A stretch of DNA of 64,000 nt from Hormiphora californensis. Lineage: Eukaryota > Animalia > Ctenophora. Each line of letters begins with the position of its first letter. The first letter of the stretch is position 1. The DNA lies in assembly GCA_020137815.1 (NCBI GenBank), contig CM035352.1, forward strand, positions 6,076,001 to 6,140,000, written 5' to 3'. A program made the position numbers and the translations under genes. Of this stretch, positions 1 through 11,870 are shown piece by piece. The notes beneath the pieces were generated by a model. The model ran no database searches. It had not been told where the DNA came from and saw nothing but the letters and a program-made list of their open reading frames with translations.

Positions 1-801
1 CCAACTCCACGATAAATATCGCTGTGCTGTGCCACTCGGATGCTTTAAGTACGCACCAGATGAAAAAAGTAGGACGTTATCTCATCCGGATCACTGGGGA
101 CCAACTTCTAATAATCCCAAGGAGATGAAAGACGCACTAATAAGATGCAATGAAATCTCAAAAAGGATTGGTAAGTAAACTAAGTATGAATGAATATCAA
201 TTTAAAGTGCTGCTTGTAGTTGGAATACGGTTTTTGAAAACGGTTATGTTTTGTGTGCTAAAGGTATTTTAAAACAGTCAATCTGGCGCTATGATTTGTC
301 ACGCTTGCACGTCTTCTTACCGTATTTCTCCGAAACCGTTTTGATTACCTGCCTGTTACCTGGCCGTTACACAAACGGTGCGTCTGTGTCCCGTTTTTCA
401 AATACAGTATCTTCGCTACGTTAGAATTGTGAAATCCATATACCATGATACATGATACTTCTTGCCACTCACTCTCCCTCACAGCTTTTAGAATTATGAA
501 ATACATAGACCATGATACATGATACTTCTTGCCACTCACTCTCCCTCACAGTTAAGGGTTATCAGACGATGCTGAAATAGCTTAAATCTGTAGAGGGGGG
601 TTGGTTGTGTGTGTTAAATTAAATCTCTTCAATATTTCAGGTGAACACGCATATTTGATGGCAAATGGAGGTAAAGAGTGTCTCCATCCCAAGAACAAAC
701 AAAAATGGATCGACGTCCACGAACGAGAGTGTGGAAAATACGGTATCGGCAATGACCCCGGGAAACCCTACCGTATGATGCTTTTCATTATGAAATGCTA
801 A
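1..801 (+). CDS. Secreted 6-Cys protein, paralog 1, 5'-partial (exons <1-170 and 641-801)
   Basis: Frame 2 reads QLHDKYRCAVPLGCFKY...RCNEISKRIG, then a GTAAGT donor at 171 and a TTTCAG acceptor ending at 640. Exon 2 reads EHAYLMANGGKECLHP...CGKYGIGNDPGKPYRMMLFIMKC*. Aligns with paralogs 2 and 3. Confidence 0.85.
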
Positions 802-1229
802 TTATAATCCGTGATTATATACATACCAAGGTGTCAACATATAATATATATATATATTTATTGATTTTCCTGTTTTTTATTTAAATCAAGGAGGTTTGTG
901 ATATGTGTACCATTATAAATCAGATTATTATACAGTGGCACTGCGATTTACCGGAATCCCGAGGATACACGCATCTTGGTAAATCAGAGTTTTATATAAC
1001 ATACATCATTATATAACACACACAATGCAGCTGTATGTGTCTGGACAACTTACATCTGATGCTTCTAACATTTCCTGCAGGATCAATTACACGAAGACTT
1101 TCTCACACACATGCCTGGGGACAACTCTACAAGCTCCCACTAGACCTAGTTTATATAGGTTCTCTTTATCCTCATACTTTGTACTTTGTAGACGTATTTT
1201 ATACTTTCTTGTACTCGTCTTCTATTATC

Positions 1230-1926
1230 ATGATGTATGTTACCAAGTTGACCTGCTTGGTTTTACTGGGATTCCTGGCAACCACCACCCTCGCCCGACA
1301 CCCGAAACAACACTGCGCTATAAGGGTTCAGTGCGTTAGGTTTGCAAAGGAACATGAAAGACTGTTCTCCCATCCCGATTACTGGGGACCCGCTGGTAAT
1401 AACCCAGCGGAGATGAACAAGGCTATGATGAGATGCTATGAAATCTCCAAAAGGCATCGTAAGTGAACTATAGTATAGTTACTATAGTATGAATGAATAC
1501 AACTTAGAATTGTGAAACCCATAAACCCATATACAGTGGTGCTCCGTCATAATGGCTGCCCTTATAAAATGTCGCTCAAACCGTTGTCCACCACGTCTAA
1601 GACGCATTCCACTGACATGGGAACGCTTTGGGCAGTGCTGTGTGGGCGGCCAATATGACAGAGAATGAGCACCACTGTGATAAATTTATTGCCACTCTCA
1701 TATAATACTTGATACTTCCTCAAAAAAGGGTTATAACAAGATATTCTAACCCAGTTCTTCTCCAGGTCAACCTGTATATTTGATGGGAAATGGAGGTAAA
1801 GATTGTCTCCACCCAAATAACAAAGCAAAACTGATGGACGCCCAAGCACGAGATTGTGGAAGACACGGTGTGGGCAATGACCCCGGGAAACCCTATCGTA
1901 TGCACATGTACATAGCGGCCTGCTAA
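1230..1926 (+). CDS. Secreted 6-Cys protein, paralog 2, 129 aa (exons 1230-1458 and 1766-1926)
   Basis: Signal-peptide-like MMYVTKLTCLVLLGFLATTTLA. Phase-1 GT-AG intron 1459-1765. Spliced frame is open and ends GNDPGKPYRMHMYIAAC*. Confidence 0.88.
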
Positions 1927-2015
1927 TGCGTGATATACATCGAGGAGTCGAAATTCTAAATTTCTTGTTTAAATCAACGAGTTTTGTGATGTCTGTACTA
2001 TTTAAAATGAAATTA

Positions 2016-2172
2016 CAGTCGGACCGCGATTTACCGGAATTCCGATATACCTTACTCAACAAGATTTACCGGGAGGATATAATACTTTTCCCAATATACC
2101 GGGCCCCCGATTTACCGGGCAAAACCCTTTTCGCCCGAGCATCCCGATAATTGGTAAATCGGGTCCCGACTG
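2016..2172. mobile_element. Tc1/mariner-type (CAGT-ended) MITE
   Basis: TA|CAGTCGGACCGCGATTTACC ... GGTAAATCGGGTCCCGACTG|TA. A 42-bp minimal relative lies at 21766-21807. Confidence 0.7.
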
Positions 2173-2174
2173 TA

Positions 2175-2872
2175 TATGGTCATGTTTTTTTTTCATTGGA
2201 CGTAAAAATTTTTCAAAAATGGGCAAATGTTACGTTTACTTAAAAATGCGGTACTTAATTTAGTAAAAATCAGTTGATATTCCAACCCTAATAGCAAAAG
2301 TGTCTTTTGAACACTTTTATATGCTTCAAATGGAATTTACTCATAAATTGCGGCACTCCGAACCAACTTTGCTAAAGCTGGCACCAAACAAACAGTTTAA
2401 ACAATATCGTTACATTTTTTTGCGTAAATTACAGAAAAATGGTACATATTTCTTATCCATAGCTAGGAGTAAGCGAATTACTCATATTGTGCGGTGTAAA
2501 TGGTGGTTGAATTGATTGAATTATTTAAATTGCATTTAACACCCTTCTTTGGTACCATTTTATGAGTAAATTGATACTAAACTGTTGCAAATATAATAAA
2601 CAACCACCTTAGCTAAAGAAAACTACCAAATTTTACTCAAATTGTGCGGGGCGGCTAAAAATAGCATTCATCTTTAACCTGCTGTAGCACCGCACTAAAT
2701 TGTATCTCTGAAAGCCGTTGAATAAGAGTAACCGTTTTTTCACCATAGTAAAGTTCAAAGTATTATGCACTTATCGCATATTATGAGTGACCATCCAAGC
2801 CGTGTGGTTGCTTTGCAATTCTCTTTTGAAAATTTTTGGTCAAACGTCCAATGAAAAAAAAACATGACCATA
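2175..2872. mobile_element. MITE with about 30-bp TIRs
   Basis: TATGGTCATGTTTTTTTTTCATTGGACGT at the left end is inverted as ACGTCCAATGAAAAAAAAACATGACCATA at the right end. Confidence 0.7.
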
Positions 2873-3503
2873 TGTATTTACTGGATTTGAAGTAGTACAT
2901 GGTTAGCTGACATGGGTGCTTGTAGTGAGAATACGGTATCGGTAAACCATCTAGATGCATCTCTGGGGCCGGTTGAAAATTTAACCATTATGTGCAGTGC
3001 ACACTAGGGTGTGCTAAGTGAAAATTTTGTCGATTTGGCCAATAGTTTAAGGGTAGATATGAAACTATAGACAATTGTCTACTACATCCTGAAAACGGAA
3101 TTGGGCTAGTGTATGTCAATTACGTGGGCCAGGCGATTAAAAAAGTTTACTTTTTTACCGAAAAAAGGAAAATATGTGTGTTTTACACCAGTGTTTGGCA
3201 TGTTCTTGTTATCAACTTTTTATGGTCAGGGTCGTGTTCAGCGGTTTGATACCGATCAGAATGGATGTGTATCATGAAAGTTAGCAAAAGTTCATTTTTG
3301 ACCTTAAAATGTTCATTTTGGACCCAAAATGTTCATTTTTGACTAAAAATGTTCATTTTGGTCATTTTTTTCAATTTTGAGAGCTTTTTCATTAACGGGA
3401 TCGTGTTCAGCAGGTCAAAATTAGTCGGTTACAACCGGAATTTGCTTTCCGACAAATAAAATCTCAAAAAGTTAAAATTCGTCTCCACTAATACTGCAAA
3501 GTA

Positions 3504-5298
3504 TTATTATTATTATTATTATTAAATCTATATAATTTACACAATTTAATTGTATAAATAAGCCCGTGGGCAAAATACGGGTTACCGATAGATATTAAAG
3601 TTCATTGAAGATACCTATTATGAAAAGTCTATCACCCCCCTCCGTACCCGGAATTGTCCTCCAGGATTCGAGTCCCTTAACTCCTTCAACGTTTGGCGGA
3701 GTTCTCTCCTCTCACTTCTCTCTGCGAAGGACATATCCCTTGCAAGATATATATACCGCGAGTGCACATATCACTCCCGCTGTGCGCGACCATTTGCACG
3801 CTGAAATATGCACTGTGCTTCCGCGGGAGCTTGCAGATATAGAGGTAGCGGGATATAAGTGAGAAATGTGTTTTTACACCTTATTCACACACAAACACAC
3901 AGAATATGACTGACAAGGTACTGCACGACATACAGTCTGCCATTTTACACTCACTCTCCCTCTTTCTCTCACTAATTATCCCCTTACACGTTTTGTTGTT
4001 TGCTATTTCCAAGAATTCCAATCTCCCACTCTCGCATCTCTCTCTCTTCTTTTCACTGTTTCAAACTATCAGACCTTCTTTCCCTTGCGTGTAACCGGTG
4101 TAGAAGTGTATTTTTGTCTAGTTTTGCTTAGTTTGTACCTTGTTTTGTCACATCTCTCTGTGTGTAATCACCTAAAATTATGATTGTTTTGCTTGTCATG
4201 TGTTTTCTCGCGGAATATATACTCAATAACGTCCTGCACGGCATGTGCAAGCGCCTCTATATCGCACTCGTTTCACTCGTGCAATATAGATGTGAAATGC
4301 ACTCCAGCTCCGCTGTCGTGCATTTCACCTCCATATACGCTCTGCAGTGCAGAGCGTATATGGCGCGCTTGCACTGCGTGCAGAACGTTATGTACTATAT
4401 ACACCGCAGTACGATTCTAACTGTTTTAGCTGCTTTGCCTTCTGGAGAAGGCTCAGCAGCATTTCCCTACTCTGTAGCTTCACAATCACTGGTCTCTCCC
4501 TTCCTCCCCGTTTCAAACACACCCTTCTAGCTTCTATGGTCGGTTTCTCGCCTAGCTCAGCAAAAACATTTTCCACTTCACGCTTTAACACAGATTCAGT
4601 TTCATCCTCACATTCTGGTAGACCAAACACCATCAGATTTTTTGATCTGTCTGGGCCGGTATCTACTGGCTTGTGCGTAACCTTTTCCACGGCTTTCTGG
4701 ATCTTTTTCGATGCAAACGCAGTCTTACAATTCTGTGTGACGACTGCAGAGAAAGTACGCAAATCTTTCTGTACTGTCTCGGTAACTCGATGCAGTTGCT
4801 CGCCCTGAAGCTCAATAACCTGCTCTTGTAACTTGACAGTTCTTCTCAAAAGATCATCACACTCCACTTTCAACTTCTCCTCCTGCTCCTGCAACTCGAG
4901 AGATTTTCTCATCAGTTCATCTCGCTCCTCTTTGAGTACCATCTCAGGGGATTTCTCGGCAAAGATATGACGCTCAAAGTGTTTTAGAACTATAAAGGTT
5001 GCGAAGCTCATTTCTTCAATCAGTTGCTGTAGCTCAAATTTCGTGTGTACAGAGCTGATTTTAACCGATGACGGTATTTCAGCATCGTTGAAATCTGGAC
5101 TGCTCCTGCACTTTCTTAAAACATTGCCAGCGACAGAGCTCTCTCCACTTTTGGCCAGCGTCAGAATCCGTCTTACAGCAAAGTCCAATTCTCGTTGTTC
5201 GTCTGCCATTATCTTACGTTCTGCCCTTTGGGGCCGTTACATCGCCATGTTGCTGAAACTCAAATTAATTTGTTTAAAGTAGTGTTGAAAAGTTTGAA
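3504..5298 (-). mobile_element. ORF1-only non-LTR retroposon (HAL-like)
   Basis: 11-bp TSD ACTGCAAAGTA at 3493-3503 and 5299-5309. (TAA)n 3' tail on the minus strand at about 3504-3523. Contains an ORF1 but no APE or RT. Confidence 0.7.
4388..5209 (-). CDS. LINE ORF1-like protein (coiled coil plus L1-type RRM)
   Basis: 273-aa ORF with a coiled coil followed by DRSKNLMVFGLPE...RPVIVKL, typical of CR1/L2/L1 ORF1 proteins. Confidence 0.75.
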   Translation of the reverse strand: MADEQRELDFAVRRILTLAKSGESSVAGNVLRKCRSSPDFNDAEIPSSVKISSVHTKFELQQLIEEMSFATFIVLKHFERHIFAEKSPEMVLKEERDELMRKSLELQEQEEKLKVECDDLLRRTVKLQEQVIELQGEQLHRVTETVQKDLRTFSAVVTQNCKTAFASKKIQKAVEKVTHKPVDTGPDRSKNLMVFGLPECEDETESVLKREVENVFAELGEKPTIEARRVCLKRGGRERPVIVKLQSREMLLSLLQKAKQLKQLESYCGVYST

Positions 5299-5700
5299 AC
5301 TGCAAAGTAAAAAAATGTGCAAGAAAAAAAAATGAAAAAAAAAATTTTTTTCATTATAAAATGGAGCTCTGAAGGTGCAGACTGGAAATAATGGTTGTAC
5401 TGGTTCTCATGAGGTGATTTATATGTGTGGTTTTTTCGAATTACCGCCCCAAAAAACATTTTTTGATATGAATATGCCCATATATGGGCATACATCGGCC
5501 CACGTAAAATTTGGGCCAGGGTAGGACTAAAATGTTTTTACCAAATGTTTTAGAATGATCGTAGGAACTCATTCTAGGGGTAAACTATGTGAAAATTGGA
5601 TTAGATTTATGAGTTGGGAAAAATAGCACACCCTAGTGCACACTGCACAGTATACCGTAATCCCACCAAGGGAACCAGTGCCAGATGAGTAGGAATAAAT

Positions 5701-6010
5701 ACCAAACCAAACCAAACCAAACCAAACCAAACCAAACCAAACCAAACCAAACCAAACCAAACCAAACCAAACCAAACCAAACCAAACCAAACCAAACCAA
5801 ACCAAACCAAACCAAACCAAACCAAACCAAACCAAACCAAACCAAACCAAACCAAACCAAACCAAACCAAACCAAACCAAACCAAACCAAACCAAACCAA
5901 ACCAAACCAAACCAAACCAAACCAAACCAAACCAAACCAAACCAAACCAAACCAAACCAAACCAAACCAAACCAAACCAAACCAAACCAAACCAAACCAA
6001 ACCAAACCAA
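5701..6010 (+). repeat. (ACCAA)n pentanucleotide microsatellite
   Basis: About 62 perfect copies, directly after AATAAAT. Confidence 0.98.
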
Positions 6011-6295
6011 GGAGAGAGCCAAAAGCGTTGGAGACTAGCTGGCACGTGGGTGATCACATGAACATATCACGTGGCATTAGATCATCGCATTGCACACCAC
6101 ATACACAAATAATAATAGAGACACATCAGCTGAGAGAGCCATGCCACACGGGTGGGAAGAGAGATAGCAAGCACGACGGGGCTGTTACCATGATACAAGG
6201 TTCAAAACAAACATGCCGATGCAATGTCACACAGCTACCCCTAACACCCCCCCCCCCCGACAAACACAACTGTGATATTTCCCTGCCCCGCCAGC
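6011..6295 (+). repeat. Interspersed repeat; inverted copy at about 11310-11562
   Basis: GGAGACTAGCTGGCACGTGG...ACAAACACAACTGTGATATTTCC matches the reverse complement of 11310-11562. Confidence 0.75.
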
Positions 6296-7961
6296 CCTCC
6301 AAATCCGGGTGAACAAGCTAACAATAGTGCAATGTAATTTCACTATTGTTAGCTTGTTCACCCGGGTTTGGAGGGCTGGCGGGGCAGCCCGCGACGCACG
6401 ATGACTATACGAACACGTTCCGAGAAAGGAGCATTATCAGCTGATTTGTTCACCGTTAAACAAGAGTTTACACTAAGTGTAACAAGTCTTGTTGATGATC
6501 ATCATGATGAACCACACATTTGCATTTTTCGGAATATAGACAGCATAGGCATGTTTTAATTGCACCGCCGTCTATGTTACACAACTAAGCTAACGAAGGG
6601 TGGAGATCCGTTTTCCGGCTCAGAAATTGTAAGGGGAAGCTGAAATACACGAACATCTATAATTTCACACGTCTTGTTGATCACCATCATGATGATCTCT
6701 CCCCATGTGATTGTCACCTGACCTGTGCGACAGCCTCTCAGAGCTTGTAAATTCATATCATGTGGTAAATATCACGTGGTACATATCACGTGACTACTAC
6801 AGGTCTCCATCACAGCAGAGCGTGCACAATGTGCCAGTATGTGCAGTGTGCACTAGGGTATCTTGGTGTGACTCCCTCACGAAGTCACCCCTGCAGTTAT
6901 TATATTGCGGAGGGGTAATTTCATGTGCTCAGTACCACCATATTGCCAACACTTCGGATATAAAGTGATTTAAAAAAATGAAAAGTGTAAGATTTCTGTT
7001 TGAGATCGGGAAGAGGGGCAGAACTATGGAAGGGATTTGGGCTTGTTTTAGATCCCTTTATCCCTGGGAGTAGGCTGGGGTGTTCTCACTGTCTATATAT
7101 ATATATATATATATATATCTCTCTCTCTCTCTCTCTCAAAGTTGAGGGATAGTGAGGTGTTTGGGAGGGTGTGCAAAGTACATCTCGCCTGATTTTACAC
7201 CGGAGGAAAGAGAAGCTCGAGGAATTCTAATGAAAGAGATGAAGAAGTATCCCAGAAAGTCCTTTGTAGTCAGAGGACGCGAGGTCGTGGAGGTCTCACC
7301 TGAGAGACAATAGCACTGGGGCTATTCGTAAAACTTCATATAAGTTTCTTCTTTTATTTCCTGTATTTCTTTCTTTAATAAAACATTTTCGCAGTAATTA
7401 TATCTGGATAATTCACCACCGTCAACGGTGGAGACATGTGGAGGGAGTGACCCTGTGATGAATGATCGTCTATGCCTGATAAAAATCCGAACCACGCGAG
7501 TTCACTACAGAGGTCACTAATACACAATTCAAAAGATCGTGGTACTGCCCCCCCCCCCCCCCCGGGCCATATAATGGTATTTCATCCCCAGTTATTTCAA
7601 TAAAGACTTGGAATCCAGCCGCAAGCTGTATATGTGTCTCACTCATGATCTGCCTTGAATAAAGTCTAGCCCTATTATGTTGGACTATTACCCTCGTATT
7701 CCACCATGCATCCCGGTAAATCAGAGTCCCATTTTATTATATTACATAATACATCATAATATAACACACAGTGCAGCTGCATGTGTCTCTGGACAACTTG
7801 CATCTGCTGCTTCTAACATTTCCTGCAGGATCAATTACACGAAGACTTTCTTACACACATGCCGGGGGACAACTCTGCAAGCTCCCAGTAGCTCCCAGTT
7901 CACTAGACGTAGTTTATTATTTCTTTGTACGTATACTTTATACTCGTCTTCTATAATTATC

Positions 7962-10618
7962 ATGATGTATGTTACCAAGTTGACCTGCTTGGTTTTACTG
8001 GGATTCCTGGCAACCACCACCCTCGCCCGACACCCGAAACAACACTGCGCTATCAGAATGCATTGCGCCAAGTACAAACCCGGGCAAAGACTGTACAACC
8101 ATCCCGATTACTGGGGACCAGCTTCTAGAGACCCCGGGGAGATGAACAAGGCTATGATGAGATGCTATGAAATCTCCAGAAGGATGCGTAAGTGAACTAC
8201 CGCGTGGCCCAAATTAAAGGGAGGGTACGTTGGCCTTCTTTTCACCCAGAAGTTTAATTTCAATCACTCTGATATTTTGACACAATGTCTGCATGGGTAC
8301 TCATTCGAGGAATCCGAAGTTTCAGCCCTCTGGATAAAAGTTCATTTTTTTCGACCGAATGAACATTGAATGAACACCAATATGGGACCATATTTCGGTA
8401 CCAAAGTTTCACAAATTTGTTTGGCTATCGATTTTCTTTCGAATGGGACCAGTTTGAGCTTAATTGGATCACCACAAGAATCACAGTGATCCGTTTTCTA
8501 AGCCTAGGGTAAGTCATGTGATCCCAATCAAATTATGACGTGTTAGCAAGAGAGCTTACATTTTAACGGATGCTGTATCGGTACACCATCCTCATTAGCA
8601 GACGTGATACGTGATACTCGACCGTTACACCTGCTTATTGGCACTTAGTAATGACGCTATCGTCTCATTAGGTGTCAGATGACCAAACCTAGGGTTAGAT
8701 AACTAAACACTGTGTCTCTTGTGGTGGTCCAATTGAGCTCAAATTAGTCGCGTTTGAAAGGAAATCGATACCCGAAGGCGACTGTGAAATTCCGGTTCCA
8801 AAAAGCATTCCTGTTTTCAAGTTCATTCAGGATTCATTCCAGTCGGAAAAATGAATTTTAAGATAGAGAGCTTAAATTCCGGCTAACATCAAAATTGATC
8901 AAGTGTAGTGGCCTTACAGATTTTTAGCGCCTGAATTTACCGATTTCTGGTCAAAACAGGTCAAAATCGATGTTTGGTAAAAAAATATCATCTTTAAATA
9001 ACTTATTTCACCTACTAAACTTGATTCAATTTTAATAAAAATGCAGATTGCCATTTGTTGATACTTGCTCTAATGTATGGCGGTTTTTAAAATAATAAAA
9101 TCGAATTTAATCAAGAGAAAACCTCAAAAAACCCGAAAAACGAAAAATTGAGTTCATTAATGAACTTTCAACTTTTATGATTTGAAACTTCGGATTCCTC
9201 GAATGAGTACCCATGCAGACATTGTGTCAAAATATCAGAGTGATTGAAATTAAAGTGAGAGTGGACCGGATCAGAATTGGACAAGTTTGTTGTAGGTAGA
9301 AGAGATTAGCTTTCTGAGCATTTTGCGTTTTTGCCGCTCAAAATCGACCCACCCATCACTGAGATATTTTTGTTATGTTGGGAGAATTCCTGCTGGATCA
9401 TTATTTATCAAACAGGATAGAAACAATCCTTGTGTTTTACTAACAAATTCTTTAAATGTTTAATATGCTGGCTTGCATTGCCCTGCTTCTGTGCATGGAA
9501 ATTTCAACCTCACTGCTAATATTCAGAATGTGTTAGTAAAACGCCACGATTGTTTCTATTCTGTTTTATACATACTGATTAAACAGGAGTTCTCCCAACA
9601 TAACAAAAATATATCAGTGATGGGTGGGTCGATTTTGAGCGGCAAAAACGCAAAATGCTCAGAAAGCTAATCTCTACTACCTACAACAAACTTGTCCGAT
9701 TCTGATTCGGTCCACTCTCACTTTAAACTTCTGGGTGAAAAGAAGGCCAACGTACCCTCCCTTTAATTTGGGCCACGCGGTATAGTATGAATGAATACAA
9801 CTTAGAATTGTGAAACCCATAAACTATGACAGTGGTGCTCCATCATATTGGCTGCCCGTATGAAACGTCACTCAAACCGTTGTCCACCACGTCTAAGACG
9901 CTGACATTGAATGTTTTTTTTGCGTGTTATGGACGTCGTGGACAACGCTTTGGGTCGGTGCTGTGCGGGCGGCCAATATGACAGAGAATGAGCAACACTG
10001 TGATAAATTTATGCCGTTATTAACGAAAAATTGGAGAAAAATCGAAAATCCTCTCCTCTCATATCTCGCTCCCTGGTCACCTCTTTCTCAGATCACGCGG
10101 TCCACGCCAGCCTAGGCTGACGTGGCAGCTTCTCCTCTCGGCACGTCGCACAATCCCCTGTACGTGGCTTCTCGCTATACCTGCTCAACTAAAACATTGA
10201 CCCAAATTCTTATCTTCTAATATCTCTCCATAACTATTGTAACAAGTAAATAATATTAAATTTACCTGCCCTAAATTCCGACCTGCCCTAAATTCAGACC
10301 CGCCCTAAATTCAGAGCTGCCCTAAATTCAGACCTGCCCTAAATTCTGTCGAAGTTCTACCGACCTGCCCCACTTTCATATAATACTTGATACTTCCTCA
10401 CAAAAGGGTTAGAACAAGATATTCTAACCCAGTTCTTCATTACTTCAGGTTTCCCTATATATATTATGGGAAATGGAGGTAAGGAGTGTATCATTCCAAA
10501 CAAACCAGGTGATCAAGATAAATTTGCCGAAGTCCCCGCTAATCAGTGTGGAAAACTTGGTATGGGTAATGACCCCGGGAAACCCCATCGTGTGACCTGG
10601 TACCTAGCGGCCTGCTAA
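7962..10618 (+). CDS. Secreted 6-Cys protein, paralog 3, 131 aa (exons 7962-8187 and 10449-10618)
   Basis: Same signal peptide as paralog 2. Phase-1 intron 8188-10448 is enlarged by MITEs. Exon 2 reads FPIYIMGNGGKECIIP...CGKLGMGNDPGKPHRVTWYLAAC*. Confidence 0.85.
8200..9780. mobile_element. TA-TSD non-autonomous DNA transposon (Tc1/mariner-like) in the intron of paralog 3
   Basis: TA|CCGCGTGGCCCAAATTAAAGG ... CCTTTAATTTGGGCCACGCGG|TA. Absent from the equivalent intron of paralog 2. Confidence 0.85.
9254..9722. mobile_element. Kolobok-like palindromic MITE nested in the right TIR of the 8200-9780 element
   Basis: TTAA|AGTGAGAGTGGACCG ... CGGTCCACTCTCACT|TTAA: TTAA TSD with AG termini. Confidence 0.75.
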
Positions 10619-11557
10619 TGCGTGATATACATCGAGGAGTCAACATATATCTCAATTGACTAATTATAATTATAATGACGTCCCTGTTGTTTATTTAAAT
10701 CAACTAGTTTTTGATGTGTATACTCTATGTGGTGTGTGGTGTCAGGCCCAGGTGTGTGGGGTTCTGTTTGAGATAGGGACGTGGTCAAATGTGGGTGGGT
10801 GATTAAGGCCTCCACAGGTATGAACGTGTTCATCATATTTTAATAATCGAAATACAAGCTATCTATAGCTTCTCTCCTACGTTCCAAAATCCAAAGTCCC
10901 AGTGAGTGAAAAGAATAATAAATTTGGTAATGAAATTACCCCTCCGCGTGAGCGCCCCGGTTTACAATATAAATGGGTGACTTCGTAACCAAAGAATAAA
11001 TGAAGATAGCAAATTAACTCGGATTTATGAATTATGTTAGGGGAAACTCTAATTGAATGGACGCGCAGTAATGGCGTCCCATCAACCGTAAAAATCTAAC
11101 TGGATGGAAGGAATGATGGACAGAACGCGCGACAATGTCCGTGTGTTTGTCATCGCGCGCTACGTAAAGGCCTTTTTTACGAGCAGAATGTGGCAAATCA
11201 TGGCGCGCCCAGAGTGATGGCTCCCATTATCAGTTAGATTTTTACAGTTGATGGGCTGCCATTACTGCGCGTCCATTCAGTTAGAGTTTCCCCTAAAGGT
11301 GTGTTCGCATACGAAGGAAATATCACAGTTGTGTTTGTTGGGGGGGGGGGGGGGGGTAGCTGTGTGACACTGCATCGGCCACTATGTTTGTCTTGAGCCT
11401 TGCACCAAACAGTCTTGCTTACTATCTCTCTCCCTACCCGTGTGGCATGTCTCTCGACTAGTGCTGCAGGTGGCGAGCAGTGATCTAATGCCACGTGGTA
11501 TGTCCATGTGATCACTTCGCAACCACGTGCCAGCTAGTCTCCAATGCTATTGGCTCC

Positions 11558-11562
<5 letters not shown>

Positions 11563-11654
<92 letters not shown>

Positions 11655-11670
11655 TCTCTTTCTCTCTCCA

Positions 11671-11769
<99 letters not shown>

Positions 11770-11870
11770 TTCCCCCTCTCTCTATCTCTTTTTTTCTCTC
11801 TCTTTTTCTCTCCCTTTTTATCTCTCCTTCTCTCTCTATCTATCCCTCTCTCTATCTCTCTTTCTCTCTC
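11563..11870 (+). repeat. (CT)n microsatellite
   Basis: Long imperfect CT tract. Confidence 0.97.

Larger units (their letters stand above)
3005..5635. mobile_element. Non-autonomous hAT-like DNA transposon with a nested retroposon
   Basis: TIRs TAGGGTGTGCTA / TAGCACACCCTA. 8-bp TSD GTGCACAC at 2997-3004 and 5636-5643. Confidence 0.75.

Noticed and set aside
5569-6057. ORFs with FGLVW or TKPNQ repeats
   Set aside because: These are translations of the (ACCAA)n microsatellite.
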